Under the pieces are notes generated by a model. The model was not told where the DNA came from. It ran no database searches and worked only from the letters and a program-made list of their open reading frames with translations. Shown here in pieces: positions 9,616 through 17,319 of a stretch of 29,376 nucleotides of DNA. Position 1 is the stretch's first letter. Each line of letters opens with the position of its first letter. This stretch comes from an uncultured virus (IMG/VR IMGVR_UViG_3300047157_000031) (lineage: Duplodnaviria > Heunggongvirae > Uroviricota > Caudoviricetes): IMG/VR virus record IMGVR_UViG_3300047157_000031; one strand, 5' to 3'. A program made the translations under genes and the position numbers.

Positions 9616-11280
9616 CTAAAATGGTATTGTATCATCTGAACTAAAACTATTCAAGATTTCTTCATCTTCATATTCAGACAGTCTACCTGTATCTTTATTA
9701 TAAACTAATGCAGTAGCTAACCCTACATCCCCTGTATAACGTGACTTAAGTACACGTAATCTTGTCGTTCTAGATTCTAATTCATCCTCTGATTGTTGAT
9801 TCCTTTCTAAGGCTATAACACAATCACTTAGTTGAGCTATAGCATTGCTACCTCTTAGATGTGATAAGCTTACACTTACTCCGTTCTCATGCCCTTTATC
9901 ACCCTGAACTCTACGAAGGTGAGAGACAAGTATAATACCTGCACCTGTCTCTTCAACTAAACTTCTAAGACGAGTCATAATATTATCTATTGCTCTACGC
10001 TCATCACCTTCTGTCATAGAACTAACTAGCATATGAAGGTGGTCTACGACAACCCACTTACAATCACAACCAACAATAAGATAACGAAGTTTTGAAAAGA
10101 TATCTTCAATGTCATTCGTACCAAAGTGAGCATGAATAAATACTTTGTCTTGCTCAAAAGTTTTATCAAACATTTTGATTAAGTCTTGCTCTCTATACTT
10201 ATCTCTAATATCATCAATGTAAAGTCTATCGTTCGCTTCAATAGATAAGATTCCGTCTACTGTACGTCTCCAATCTTCTTCTAAAGCTATGACTCCTACA
10301 TTATCTTCTGTTTGATGTATGAGCCAATGCTCTAACTCTCTAGTTACACTAGACTTACCAAGACCTGTACCACCTGTAAGCGTGAGTAGTTCACCCTGTC
10401 GTAAGCCAATAAGTTTTTTGTTAAGACCATGCCAAGGGTAAGGTACACTACTTTTCTTTTCTCGTTCTAAGAAATCTTTTTGTTTCTCTGATACTCTAAT
10501 GATACCACTAGGTGTATAGACCTTTGCATCCCACCAAGCCTGAGTAAATTCTTTATGAAGATTCTTACGAAGCATGTCGTTAGCATCTTTGTAACCATTA
10601 GGTATTGACACTATCTTAGCCTTACGAGGCTTGATAATACTTGCTACTTTTTGTGCGGCTTCTATGCCTTGCTTGTCATTGTCAAAACAGATGACTACAT
10701 TATCAAAACTTTCTACATATTCTATGTTTTCTTTTATATCTCTGACTGCACTTTGTGCACCATTTTTTATTGATACGACTGCCCACTTACTACCTAGTAA
10801 TTCATAGCCTGCCATAGCATCACATTCTCCTTCAACTATAGTTAGGTATTTACCACCTTCTTTGAAGAGTTGTTGACCAAACAAACCTGTACCTGCGGTT
10901 GTACCTTCAAACTTAAAGTTTTTATCTTTAACAAATCTAATCTTCGTACCCGTTTGTTCGTTGTTTATATGGTAAGGATATCTGTGTTGAGCTAGTACCC
11001 CTTGAGAATCATACACAACCTTGACTCCATATTTTGTGGCAGTCTCTTTGGATATACTTCTATCTGTAAGGGGTGCGTATGTCCCACTATGGACTGTTTC
11101 TGTTGGTTGAGTTGGTGGTTTATAATTATTATTCATAGGTACAATATTTGGTTTAGGGGTAAACTTACCACAACTAAAACATTTAGTTGACCTGTCCTCA
11201 TTGATACATAAAGCATCACTACTATTACAGTCAGGACAAGGTTGATGAGTTTTATAAAAAGGACTTCTGTGATTGTTCAT
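9616..11280 (-). CDS. T7 gp4-like primase-helicase
   Basis: Zn finger CPDC..CFSC; TOPRIM EGECDA and FDND; Walker A GGTGLGKS; VVDHL; LRGS. Start placed at MNNHRS (11280), downstream of a hairpin. Confidence 0.95.
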   Translation of the reverse strand: MNNHRSPFYKTHQPCPDCNSSDALCINEDRSTKCFSCGKFTPKPNIVPMNNNYKPPTQPTETVHSGTYAPLTDRSISKETATKYGVKVVYDSQGVLAQHRYPYHINNEQTGTKIRFVKDKNFKFEGTTAGTGLFGQQLFKEGGKYLTIVEGECDAMAGYELLGSKWAVVSIKNGAQSAVRDIKENIEYVESFDNVVICFDNDKQGIEAAQKVASIIKPRKAKIVSIPNGYKDANDMLRKNLHKEFTQAWWDAKVYTPSGIIRVSEKQKDFLEREKKSSVPYPWHGLNKKLIGLRQGELLTLTGGTGLGKSSVTRELEHWLIHQTEDNVGVIALEEDWRRTVDGILSIEANDRLYIDDIRDKYREQDLIKMFDKTFEQDKVFIHAHFGTNDIEDIFSKLRYLIVGCDCKWVVVDHLHMLVSSMTEGDERRAIDNIMTRLRSLVEETGAGIILVSHLRRVQGDKGHENGVSVSLSHLRGSNAIAQLSDCVIALERNQQSEDELESRTTRLRVLKSRYTGDVGLATALVYNKDTGRLSEYEDEEILNSFSSDDTIPF

Positions 11281-11291
11281 ATTTGTTCCAT

Positions 11292-11328
11292 AAAAAAGGC
11301 TAGACATTATACACAGTAATGCCTAGCC
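11292..11328 (-). terminator. Intrinsic terminator-like hairpin between the SSB block and primase
   Basis: Minus strand GGCTAGGCATTA-ctgtgta-TAATGTCTAGCC followed by TTTTTT. Confidence 0.7.
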
Positions 11329-11343
11329 AACTTTTAAATAAAC

Positions 11344-11613
11344 TTAACTTTTGTCTGTGCTATCGTCAAGTTCAGTTTCTGAGGGAGTACCTTCATCATT
11401 GTAGATTGCTACAATTCTATTTGAAAAGAAATTAATACCTGCTTGTAACTCTTCCAAGTCAAGTGTGACATTAGCTTTCTTTTGATTGAGTCGTTGAAGT
11501 CTTCCAAAAATTTGCTGACCTTCCTCAGGCAAATCCTCTACAAAAACTTGTACATCATCAATAGTAATGAAAGGTTTATTAGGTTCTTCTAACATGATAT
11601 CTTCATCAGTCAT
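11344..11613 (-). CDS. DUF6447-like hypothetical protein
   Basis: ITIDDVQVFVEDLPEE followed by a coiled coil; GGAG RBS. Confidence 0.6.
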   Translation of the reverse strand: MTDEDIMLEEPNKPFITIDDVQVFVEDLPEEGQQIFGRLQRLNQKKANVTLDLEELQAGINFFSNRIVAIYNDEGTPSETELDDSTDKS

Positions 11614-12062
11614 TAAAACTCCTCCCCGTCACCAAATGGATTCAATTCGTCTCCGTCTTGTGACTTTACAGGTACTAAGTCTAACACTTGCATGGCTTGA
11701 AAGTCTAAGCTAACACCTGATTTGCCCGCATAATCCCAAGCAAACTCATTGTATTGTACCTTGACCGCAGAGCCATTACCTACTGTAGTATCCATTGGCT
11801 CTTTATTTAGATTGTAGAGCTTTGGAGCAGGTCTTCTGCCATTCTTAGCATTTACTTTTCTTTTGATAGTAACGGCTTTACCTATGTATTGAGGTTCACC
11901 GCTCTCATCTTTCAATGAAAAGTCTTTAACTTTAACTCCTCGTGAGATAAAGTCTTGAGCGTCTTCATCACTAATTACTAGGTCTACTGTGTAGACTGGT
12001 TCAAAAGTTTCGTTAGGTGCTAGGACGCTCGCCCAGTACGCTATTCCTGTTGCTACTGCCAT
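11613..12062 (-). CDS. ssb: Single-stranded DNA-binding protein (T7 gp2.5-like)
   Basis: G.AYWA, VGNGS.VKV, AMQVLDL; acidic tail ending in Phe (GDGEEF); position upstream of primase. Confidence 0.85.
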   Translation of the reverse strand: MAVATGIAYWASVLAPNETFEPVYTVDLVISDEDAQDFISRGVKVKDFSLKDESGEPQYIGKAVTIKRKVNAKNGRRPAPKLYNLNKEPMDTTVGNGSAVKVQYNEFAWDYAGKSGVSLDFQAMQVLDLVPVKSQDGDELNPFGDGEEF

Positions 12063-12104
12063 ATGTTTTACTCCTTATATATTAGTAGTTATTAATGTGG
12101 AGTT

Positions 12105-12134
12105 ATTATACTCCGATTTTCTAGAAAGTGTCAA
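12105..12134 (-). promoter_or_regulatory. sigma70 promoter for the SSB/replication genes
   Basis: TTGACA-N18-TATAAT on the minus strand. Confidence 0.8.
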
Positions 12135-12321
12135 GCACTTTTTCTAAAAACTTTTTGATTCCTGATTGTTCAGATGAAGGCACATGCACAATAAACATTT
12201 TACTATTTTCATTGTACTCGTTGATATAACAATCTTTGTTGTCATACATAAGCTGACCATTATCTAAACAAAAGTTATCCCAATCGTTAAATTGAGTTTG
12301 TGTTAAAATAAATGTTTCCAT
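12121..12321 (-). CDS. Hypothetical protein
   Basis: 66 aa ORF with AGGAG RBS. Confidence 0.65.
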   Translation of the reverse strand: METFILTQTQFNDWDNFCLDNGQLMYDNKDCYINEYNENSKMFIVHVPSSEQSGIKKFLEKVLDTF

Positions 12322-12322
12322 T

Positions 12323-13003
12323 CTAATCTCCTAATATTTTTATGGGTATGTAGCAATTCTTAACATTCCCTGTCAAGCTAAAAGAATCTAAATACTTTTG
12401 CATACCTCGTTTAAGTTTGTTAGGAATTGAAGGTCTATAGTTTACATTTATTATTTGATTGTCTTGGACATCATACGAAACTTTAAATGAGTAGTCTCTT
12501 CTTAAAGAGATGTCTTCTATATAGGGTAACAATCTGTTATGTGGGGTAGGGCAAGAAGCAGTAGTTGTTATCTTTACGACAGGCACTTCGACAGGTAATT
12601 CTACTACCTCTTGCTCTTTAGCTTTAGAAGGAATAGGTAAAGGTGTTGCAATCTTATCCTGATTACCTTTAATTTCTTCTTCTTCAACTAATTCTTTCTC
12701 AACTCTTTGTGGTTGAGTATCAAAAAACATTTGATAAAATGTTTCGGCAGAGTTTTGAGTCTCCTTTAATTGTCGTTGAACTTCTTCTAACTCCACCGAA
12801 TTATCTTCTATCTTCCTTTCTAAATATTCAAAATCTGTTATATTGCTTTGAACATATTGTGATATTTTTAATAAATCATTATTTAATTTATTAATTTTTT
12901 GAAATTGTTCGTCTTGATATGTCAGCTCTTCTACTAATGTTGTAATAAAAAAACCAAAAAACAATACATAAGCTCCGATATAAATATAATCTTTACGTTT
13001 CAT
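12323..13003 (-). CDS. Membrane-anchored protein with TonB/TolA-like architecture
   Basis: N-terminal TM (YIYIGAYVLFFGFFITTLV), coiled coil, Pro/Val-rich linker, ~75 aa C-terminal domain with two Cys. The TonB_C resemblance is by eye. Confidence 0.5.
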   Translation of the reverse strand: MKRKDYIYIGAYVLFFGFFITTLVEELTYQDEQFQKINKLNNDLLKISQYVQSNITDFEYLERKIEDNSVELEEVQRQLKETQNSAETFYQMFFDTQPQRVEKELVEEEEIKGNQDKIATPLPIPSKAKEQEVVELPVEVPVVKITTTASCPTPHNRLLPYIEDISLRRDYSFKVSYDVQDNQIINVNYRPSIPNKLKRGMQKYLDSFSLTGNVKNCYIPIKILGD

Positions 13004-13172
13004 ACTTTCTCCTTTTAATTCTTTTGAGTTTTCCTCGCCAATTTAATTTCCAAACTTCTATTGTATCATCTTTAAAGTGTACTGTCAATAACCCATTGTT
13101 AGCATGCAAGGCAGTTACAGTATCTTTTTCCTGTTGCTTTGCATACATTTCATGTACGTCATACTCTGTCAT
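12993..13172 (-). CDS. Small hypothetical protein (59 aa, not in ORF track)
   Basis: Hand translation MTEYDVHEMYAKQQEKDTVTALHANNGLLTVHFKDDTIEVWKLNWRGKLKRIKRRKYET; coupled to the upstream stop. Confidence 0.7.
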   Translation of the reverse strand: MTEYDVHEMYAKQQEKDTVTALHANNGLLTVHFKDDTIEVWKLNWRGKLKRIKRRKYET

Positions 13173-13519
13173 TAGTCTGCTACTGGTTTAAGTGTATACA
13201 TAATAGGTTCACGACTATCTAATAGTTCATGTAGTTTCTCTGCTACTTCTTTATCTGTAGGATAACCAACAACCTCTAGTTCTACAAAGACTTTATAGTT
13301 TAAAGGTGTGCCTTGCCACTCTGTGACTCTGTCAAAACTAAACTTCCTGTACCTATCTTTGTCATGAGCTTCTGTGCCTTCAAATCCATAGAAGTCTCCA
13401 TAAAAACCTGTTGGCTTTATTGTTCTGAGTCCGTCATAACTCCCATATTTAAACTGTACTACGTTTTGGTTTCGTATAGCTTCAATAATTTCTAGTGTTA
13501 CATTTGATACGTCAATCAT
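13172..13519 (-). CDS. Stand-alone WYL-domain protein
   Basis: IIEAIRNQNVVQFKY...RTIKP...RYRKFSFDRV matches the WYL pattern (AI....V.F.Y / R.V.P / R.FR.DRI); no HTH. Confidence 0.7.
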   Translation of the reverse strand: MIDVSNVTLEIIEAIRNQNVVQFKYGSYDGLRTIKPTGFYGDFYGFEGTEAHDKDRYRKFSFDRVTEWQGTPLNYKVFVELEVVGYPTDKEVAEKLHELLDSREPIMYTLKPVAD

Positions 13520-13665
13520 TTGCCTTGCCCTCTATAAGCTTTGTAAGTTTGTCGTTTTCTTTTAGGCATAGTAGAGTAACTTACATTACCTCTTCCTATG
13601 TGAGTTTTCTTACCTCTTGAACCTGTTAAAGATTCATGAGCTACTTGTCCTTTACTTGTTCTCAT
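13516..13665 (-). CDS. Small basic protein ending YRGQGK (49 aa, not in ORF track)
   Basis: Hand translation MRTSKGQVAHESLTGSRGKKTHIGRGNVSYSTMPKRKRQTYKAYRGQGK; ATGA overlaps at both ends. Confidence 0.75.
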   Translation of the reverse strand: MRTSKGQVAHESLTGSRGKKTHIGRGNVSYSTMPKRKRQTYKAYRGQGK

Positions 13666-14018
13666 TGCCATGTGTCAACTCCTCGTGGTTGGTGGAAGTC
13701 TACTGCGTCTTGAACTTCTTCTAAAGTTATTGTAGGAGCTATTACCTCTCCCTCATTATCTGTTCCTAAAATTAAACCATTACCTGCTAATGATTGAATC
13801 CTACCATGAGAACCATCGCGGTTAGTACCACGATAAATAAAAAATCTTCGGTCTTCAGCAAACAATCCTTCATCATCTACATAGATGCCATTTGTTTCAT
13901 CAATTCTAATTACATCAAACGTAGTACAGTCAACTAACTCATAAATATTTTTAAGAGTACTATTATGTTCAACCTCTCTTACTTCTTCGTTTTTTACATC
14001 AATTAATATTGCTTTCAT
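13662..14018 (-). CDS. DUF3846-like protein
   Basis: MKAILID, IYVDDEGL, LAGNGLILG; AAGGAG RBS. Confidence 0.75.
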   Translation of the reverse strand: MKAILIDVKNEEVREVEHNSTLKNIYELVDCTTFDVIRIDETNGIYVDDEGLFAEDRRFFIYRGTNRDGSHGRIQSLAGNGLILGTDNEGEVIAPTITLEEVQDAVDFHQPRGVDTWQ

Positions 14019-14026
14019 ATTTCTCC

Positions 14027-14302
14027 TTATGTCATTGTTAATAATCTTTCTTTCTCAGCTACTGCCATGTACTCAATATCTTGAGAGGATACTGCTTCAC
14101 GACAATGATTGGATAAAAACTGTATAATTAAACCTAATGTGTAAATTTCATCATAATCATAAACCGCTTCTATATCATCATAGTGAGTCCACTTTTCCCA
14201 AATATAATTTACACAGTCTTCTCTAAGGTCAGGTCTGCTTGGCAGTTGCCACTCTTCTTTTACAATTTGATTTATGTACTGCATTAATTCTTCTTGATTC
14301 AC
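14027..14302 (-). CDS. Hypothetical protein
   Basis: 91 aa ORF, GAGG upstream, overlaps the preceding stop. Confidence 0.65.
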   Translation of the reverse strand: MNQEELMQYINQIVKEEWQLPSRPDLREDCVNYIWEKWTHYDDIEAVYDYDEIYTLGLIIQFLSNHCREAVSSQDIEYMAVAEKERLLTMT

Positions 14303-14571
14303 TTTTGTAATTCCTCTATTATTTGTTTTAAATCATCTATATCATTTCTCAATGACTCAATATCGTTTTCTAAATCATCACGTACATTATTGCATTCATC
14401 ATTAATATGTTCCATAGCATACCTGTGATTATCATCTTCGATTTGTTTATTATCCATGATATCATTATGAATATCAAGTATTGTTTCTGAATACTCAATT
14501 ATTTCTTCGATATATCTTTTGTGATTATTTACTAAATTGTTTTCTATTGCTGATTTTTCTTCTGCACTCAT
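14299..14571 (-). CDS. Acidic coiled-coil hypothetical protein
   Basis: 90 aa ORF with ATGA coupling. Confidence 0.7.
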   Translation of the reverse strand: MSAEEKSAIENNLVNNHKRYIEEIIEYSETILDIHNDIMDNKQIEDDNHRYAMEHINDECNNVRDDLENDIESLRNDIDDLKQIIEELQK

Positions 14572-15302
14572 GCCACTAACCTCACTTCTATTTTCTCGTT
14601 ATCAATTACAAAACCTGAATAATCTTTCTTGGCTTTGCCTTTTGCTTTTAGTCCAACAACTACGTTGTCTTTATCTAAAAATCTCATGTCGTGTTCATCA
14701 CCATTAATAACCTCTAAACCTTTGAAGGTTTTAGGTATATCTTTTCTGAACACTACTGCTTTATTTTCTACTACTGTATTAAATAGTTTAGCATACTTTT
14801 TGTTTGCTTCTGAATAACTCCATGTCAAATAATAATTATCAATACCATTTATTTTTCTTGTAGGTATCTTAGTGTAATCATAAAACTGTATGTTAGGAAA
14901 CATATCAAACATATTCTTACCATTTACTTCTTGATACTCCCATTGAATATCTGATGTACCATTTAATCTAAGACTAGGTTGCTTACCTAACTTGTCGCAT
15001 TCTCTTTCAAACTTAGAAATGTCTGAGACTAACTGCCCCATAAAGTTATCATACTCGTTGAAATAAAGCAAGGTCTTTCGTATCCTAGCCTGTTGAATTG
15101 AAGTATAAACTCCTCCCAAGCCTGCAGTATTTAAGCATGGTTTATCACACATAGCAATCTTAGAATAAGGACAAGTAGTTTTCTCTCCGTCAGCTAAATC
15201 TGAGGGAGCAAGATACATAATTCTACTAAAGTATTTGTCTTGTATCTTGTTGCTCTTATCAATCTTAGGACTAGAGCTTGATAGTAATTTATATGTAGGC
15301 AT
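14568..15302 (-). CDS. GP88-like protein (Cys triad, putative Fe-S / radical-SAM-like)
   Basis: CPYSKIAMCDKPCL (Cx7Cx3C), RLNGTSD, QFYDYTK, GDEHDMRFLD, VVGLKAKG. Confidence 0.7.
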   Translation of the reverse strand: MPTYKLLSSSSPKIDKSNKIQDKYFSRIMYLAPSDLADGEKTTCPYSKIAMCDKPCLNTAGLGGVYTSIQQARIRKTLLYFNEYDNFMGQLVSDISKFERECDKLGKQPSLRLNGTSDIQWEYQEVNGKNMFDMFPNIQFYDYTKIPTRKINGIDNYYLTWSYSEANKKYAKLFNTVVENKAVVFRKDIPKTFKGLEVINGDEHDMRFLDKDNVVVGLKAKGKAKKDYSGFVIDNEKIEVRLVA

Positions 15303-15315
15303 AGTTTCTCCAGTT

Positions 15316-15456
15316 AAAAAAGTGTGTAGCTAGGGTAAGAAGTTCTCTGAGGTATATTCTTACATTTCTTAGGTGGAACACCTAACTACACGCTGAAGGT
15401 CTAGTAGTTTATAGTCACTTCTTGAGATAACCTTCTCGCACTCAATGGCTGACTTT
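15316..15456 (-). ncRNA. Candidate structured cis-regulatory leader with competing helices and a U-tract
   Basis: Helices found by hand: AGUCA/UGACU, UUGAG/CUCAA, GAAGGU/ACCUUC, AACUAC/GUAGUU, GUGUAGUUAGG/CCUAGCUACAC + U6. Confidence 0.5.
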
Positions 15457-15464
15457 GTATTTCT

Positions 15465-15731
15465 TTATTTAGTAATTGTAAAAATATATTTTCCCTCTAA
15501 TTCAGGGTGTTGATATAAAGAGTATCTACCTCTAGCATACGTACTTGTTCCTGCACCTACTTTATCTTTATCAGCTTCATCAAGTACAAACCAATCACCT
15601 GCCGACATACTACCTACTAAATCTCTCCAAAAAGATTTAGGTGTAGTTTTTCTAGGTGGTGCTTTTTTATTTGTTACAATTTCAAAAGTTGGCATTGTTC
15701 TTCTTTTAATAATTTTAGTTTTATATGGCAT
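15465..15731 (-). CDS. Small basic protein, possibly DNA-binding
   Basis: FEIVTNKKAPP...W...SMSAGDWF pattern; AAGGA RBS. Confidence 0.6.
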   Translation of the reverse strand: MPYKTKIIKRRTMPTFEIVTNKKAPPRKTTPKSFWRDLVGSMSAGDWFVLDEADKDKVGAGTSTYARGRYSLYQHPELEGKYIFTITK

Positions 15732-15761
15732 AATATTTCCTTAAATAATTGGTTAAAAATG

Positions 15762-15792
15762 TGATAGTTTTTGAAGAGAACTATCAAACTCT
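15762..15792 (-). ncRNA. H-type pseudoknot in 5' UTR
   Basis: AGAG-UU-UGAUAGUU-CUCU-UCAAA-AACUAUCA. Confidence 0.55.
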
Positions 15793-15797
15793 AAAGG

Positions 15798-15892
15798 GTG
15801 CTTACTTTAATTCTAAGTGTACATTAATTATTATTATTATAGCATCATGTAGCTATCGAGTATGTCCTTAATAAAAATTAAAGATGAAGCAC
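15798..15892 (-). other. Long imperfect intergenic hairpin (possible RNase III site)
   Basis: Nested pairs GUGCUU/AAGCAC, CUUUAAUU/AAUUAAAG, ACAU/AUGU, AUAGC/GCUAU. Confidence 0.5.
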
Positions 15893-16086
15893 TATCTTAA
15901 ACTTTGTATTTGATATTTAGTAGGCTCATAAGTTTGTCTGTAAGGTGTAACAGAAACTAACTTGAAACCTTTTTTATGAATCTCAAATATATCTTCTCTA
16001 TGAGAATAATTCTCTAAGTATCTGTATTTGTTATCTTTTAAATATCTTTTGGCACTTTCTAAAGTGTTGAATATTTTCATAATCAA
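15892..16086 (-). CDS. Hypothetical early protein
   Basis: ORF with AAGGA RBS downstream of its own promoter; the ATG at 16080 is an alternative start. Confidence 0.7.
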   Translation of the reverse strand: MIMKIFNTLESAKRYLKDNKYRYLENYSHREDIFEIHKKGFKLVSVTPYRQTYEPTKYQIQSLR

Positions 16087-16120
16087 TTCCTTAATTGGTT
16101 ATCGTTTGTCTTGTTGGAGT

Positions 16121-16167
16121 ATTATACGCTCAACCCCAAAGCGAGGTCAAGCGTAAGTAACAAGTAA
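16121..16167 (-). promoter_or_regulatory. Early sigma70 promoter with conserved upstream element
   Basis: TTACTTGTTACTTACGC-TTGACC-N18-TATAAT. Confidence 0.8.
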
Positions 16168-16169
16168 GA

Positions 16170-16625
16170 CTATATAACGCTATGTAAAAATCTTTTTAAA
16201 AGAGAGCTTTCACCAACTCTGTCAAGCTTTAAAGATTTAAAAGCACTATCAACATTTCTTTCAAACTCTGTAGGACTAGACATATAAGTGTCAGGTACTC
16301 TTAAGATAGTCATAGTAGGATTCTTTTCACCTACTTTAATTTTCTCATTGAATCTAACTTCGTCTTGAATGTATCCTGTCCTAAGATGTTTAGGTAAGAC
16401 TTCATTAAGACTAACTTTACCATAGTTATGTACTCTAAAAGATGTTCCGTCTTTTGTTTCGTATCTTTCTTTGTACTTCCTAACTTTAATCATAGAGATT
16501 CCTTCTTCATTACCTCTATTCCATAAGTCTTGTAACTCTTTTGGAGCGGTACTTATAGGTCTAGTAGTTTCAGAACCTCGTCTACTGTATTCTAGCACAG
16601 TATTAGCTAATTTTTTATTGGTCAT
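16170..16625 (-). CDS. Hypothetical early protein
   Basis: 151 aa ORF flanked by promoter repeats. Confidence 0.75.
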   Translation of the reverse strand: MTNKKLANTVLEYSRRGSETTRPISTAPKELQDLWNRGNEEGISMIKVRKYKERYETKDGTSFRVHNYGKVSLNEVLPKHLRTGYIQDEVRFNEKIKVGEKNPTMTILRVPDTYMSSPTEFERNVDSAFKSLKLDRVGESSLLKRFLHSVI

Positions 16626-16643
16626 ATCTTATATTCCAATTAG

Positions 16644-16677
16644 TGAGTTTAAATAAAAGTGGTAAACTCATTCCACT
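16644..16677 (-). ncRNA. H-type pseudoknot in 5' UTR
   Basis: AGUGG-AA-UGAGUUUA-CCACU-UUUAUU-UAAACUCA. Confidence 0.55.
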
Positions 16678-16695
16678 ATTCGTTTCTTGTTGAGC

Positions 16696-16741
16696 ATTTT
16701 ACACTTGACCATTTTCACAGTCAAGCGTAAGTAACAAGTAA
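16696..16741 (-). promoter_or_regulatory. Early sigma70 promoter with conserved upstream element
   Basis: TTACTTGTTACTTACGC-TTGACT-N17-TAAAAT; 16720-16741 is identical to 16146-16167 (22 bp). Confidence 0.8.
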
Positions 16742-16745
16742 TACT

Positions 16746-17099
16746 TTATCTCCAAATAAAATGTTTATGATTAAGATTAATATCTAAAGGATTGCTATCA
16801 AAACCATAACCATTCCACCAACCCTTAGGCTTAGTATTATTATTAAGTTTTAAAGTGTCGCTGATTGCTGACTCTTTCCATTCTTTAAAAGCTATAGTTT
16901 TATATTTATCTAAAGATATTCTTGCTCGGTGATTATTGGAACGCATAGTAACCCACTTGCGACCAATCTTAATAGTATAAAGTCTATAACCATATTTACC
17001 ACACATAAAAGTTTTAAAATGGTCAGACATTCTAGGATTTAATAATCGTTCTTGTCTCTCAGGACTAATAGGTTCTAATAAATTTTCAATGGGTTTCAT
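16746..17099 (-). CDS. Hypothetical early protein
   Basis: 117 aa; AAGGAG RBS; KIGRKWV motif. Confidence 0.75.
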   Translation of the reverse strand: MKPIENLLEPISPERQERLLNPRMSDHFKTFMCGKYGYRLYTIKIGRKWVTMRSNNHRARISLDKYKTIAFKEWKESAISDTLKLNNNTKPKGWWNGYGFDSNPLDINLNHKHFIWR

Positions 17100-17319
17100 C
17101 TGTAATCTCCTTAACTTTCCTTAAAACCTGCATGATTTCTTTGCGGTCACAGAATCCAATTGACCACACATCAGCTTGTTCATAAAGATTAAAATAAGCA
17201 TCAACATCAGGTGCAACATTTTCTTTATTAGTATCTGTATAAACATTAAAGTCATACAATCTTTTGTCTCGGTTGTACACCTCGACTACAACATCATTAT
17301 TAAAATATAATGCTCTCAT
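17086..17319 (-). CDS. Hypothetical early protein (first gene of minus arm)
   Basis: GGAGG RBS supports a start at 17319 (MRALYF) instead of 17355. Confidence 0.75.
   Translation of the reverse strand: MRALYFNNDVVVEVYNRDKRLYDFNVYTDTNKENVAPDVDAYFNLYEQADVWSIGFCDRKEIMQVLRKVKEITDETH

Noticed and set aside
3781..11280. Introns, inteins or homing endonucleases in nrdA, polA or helicase
   Set aside because: The ORFs are continuous and compact, with no intein or LAGLIDADG/HNH motifs noticed.
15390..15456. SAM-II/SAM-V riboswitch or pistol ribozyme identity for the GP88 leader
   Set aside because: Only superficial matches (AUAAA after P1, AGCG after the pseudoknot strand); core consensus and loop sizes do not fit, so it is left unnamed.
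15762..15792. preQ1-I riboswitch (AGAG...CUCU stem plus A-rich tail)
   Set aside because: The loop has no C for ligand pairing, the 8-bp second stem would form without ligand, and no queuosine genes are nearby.
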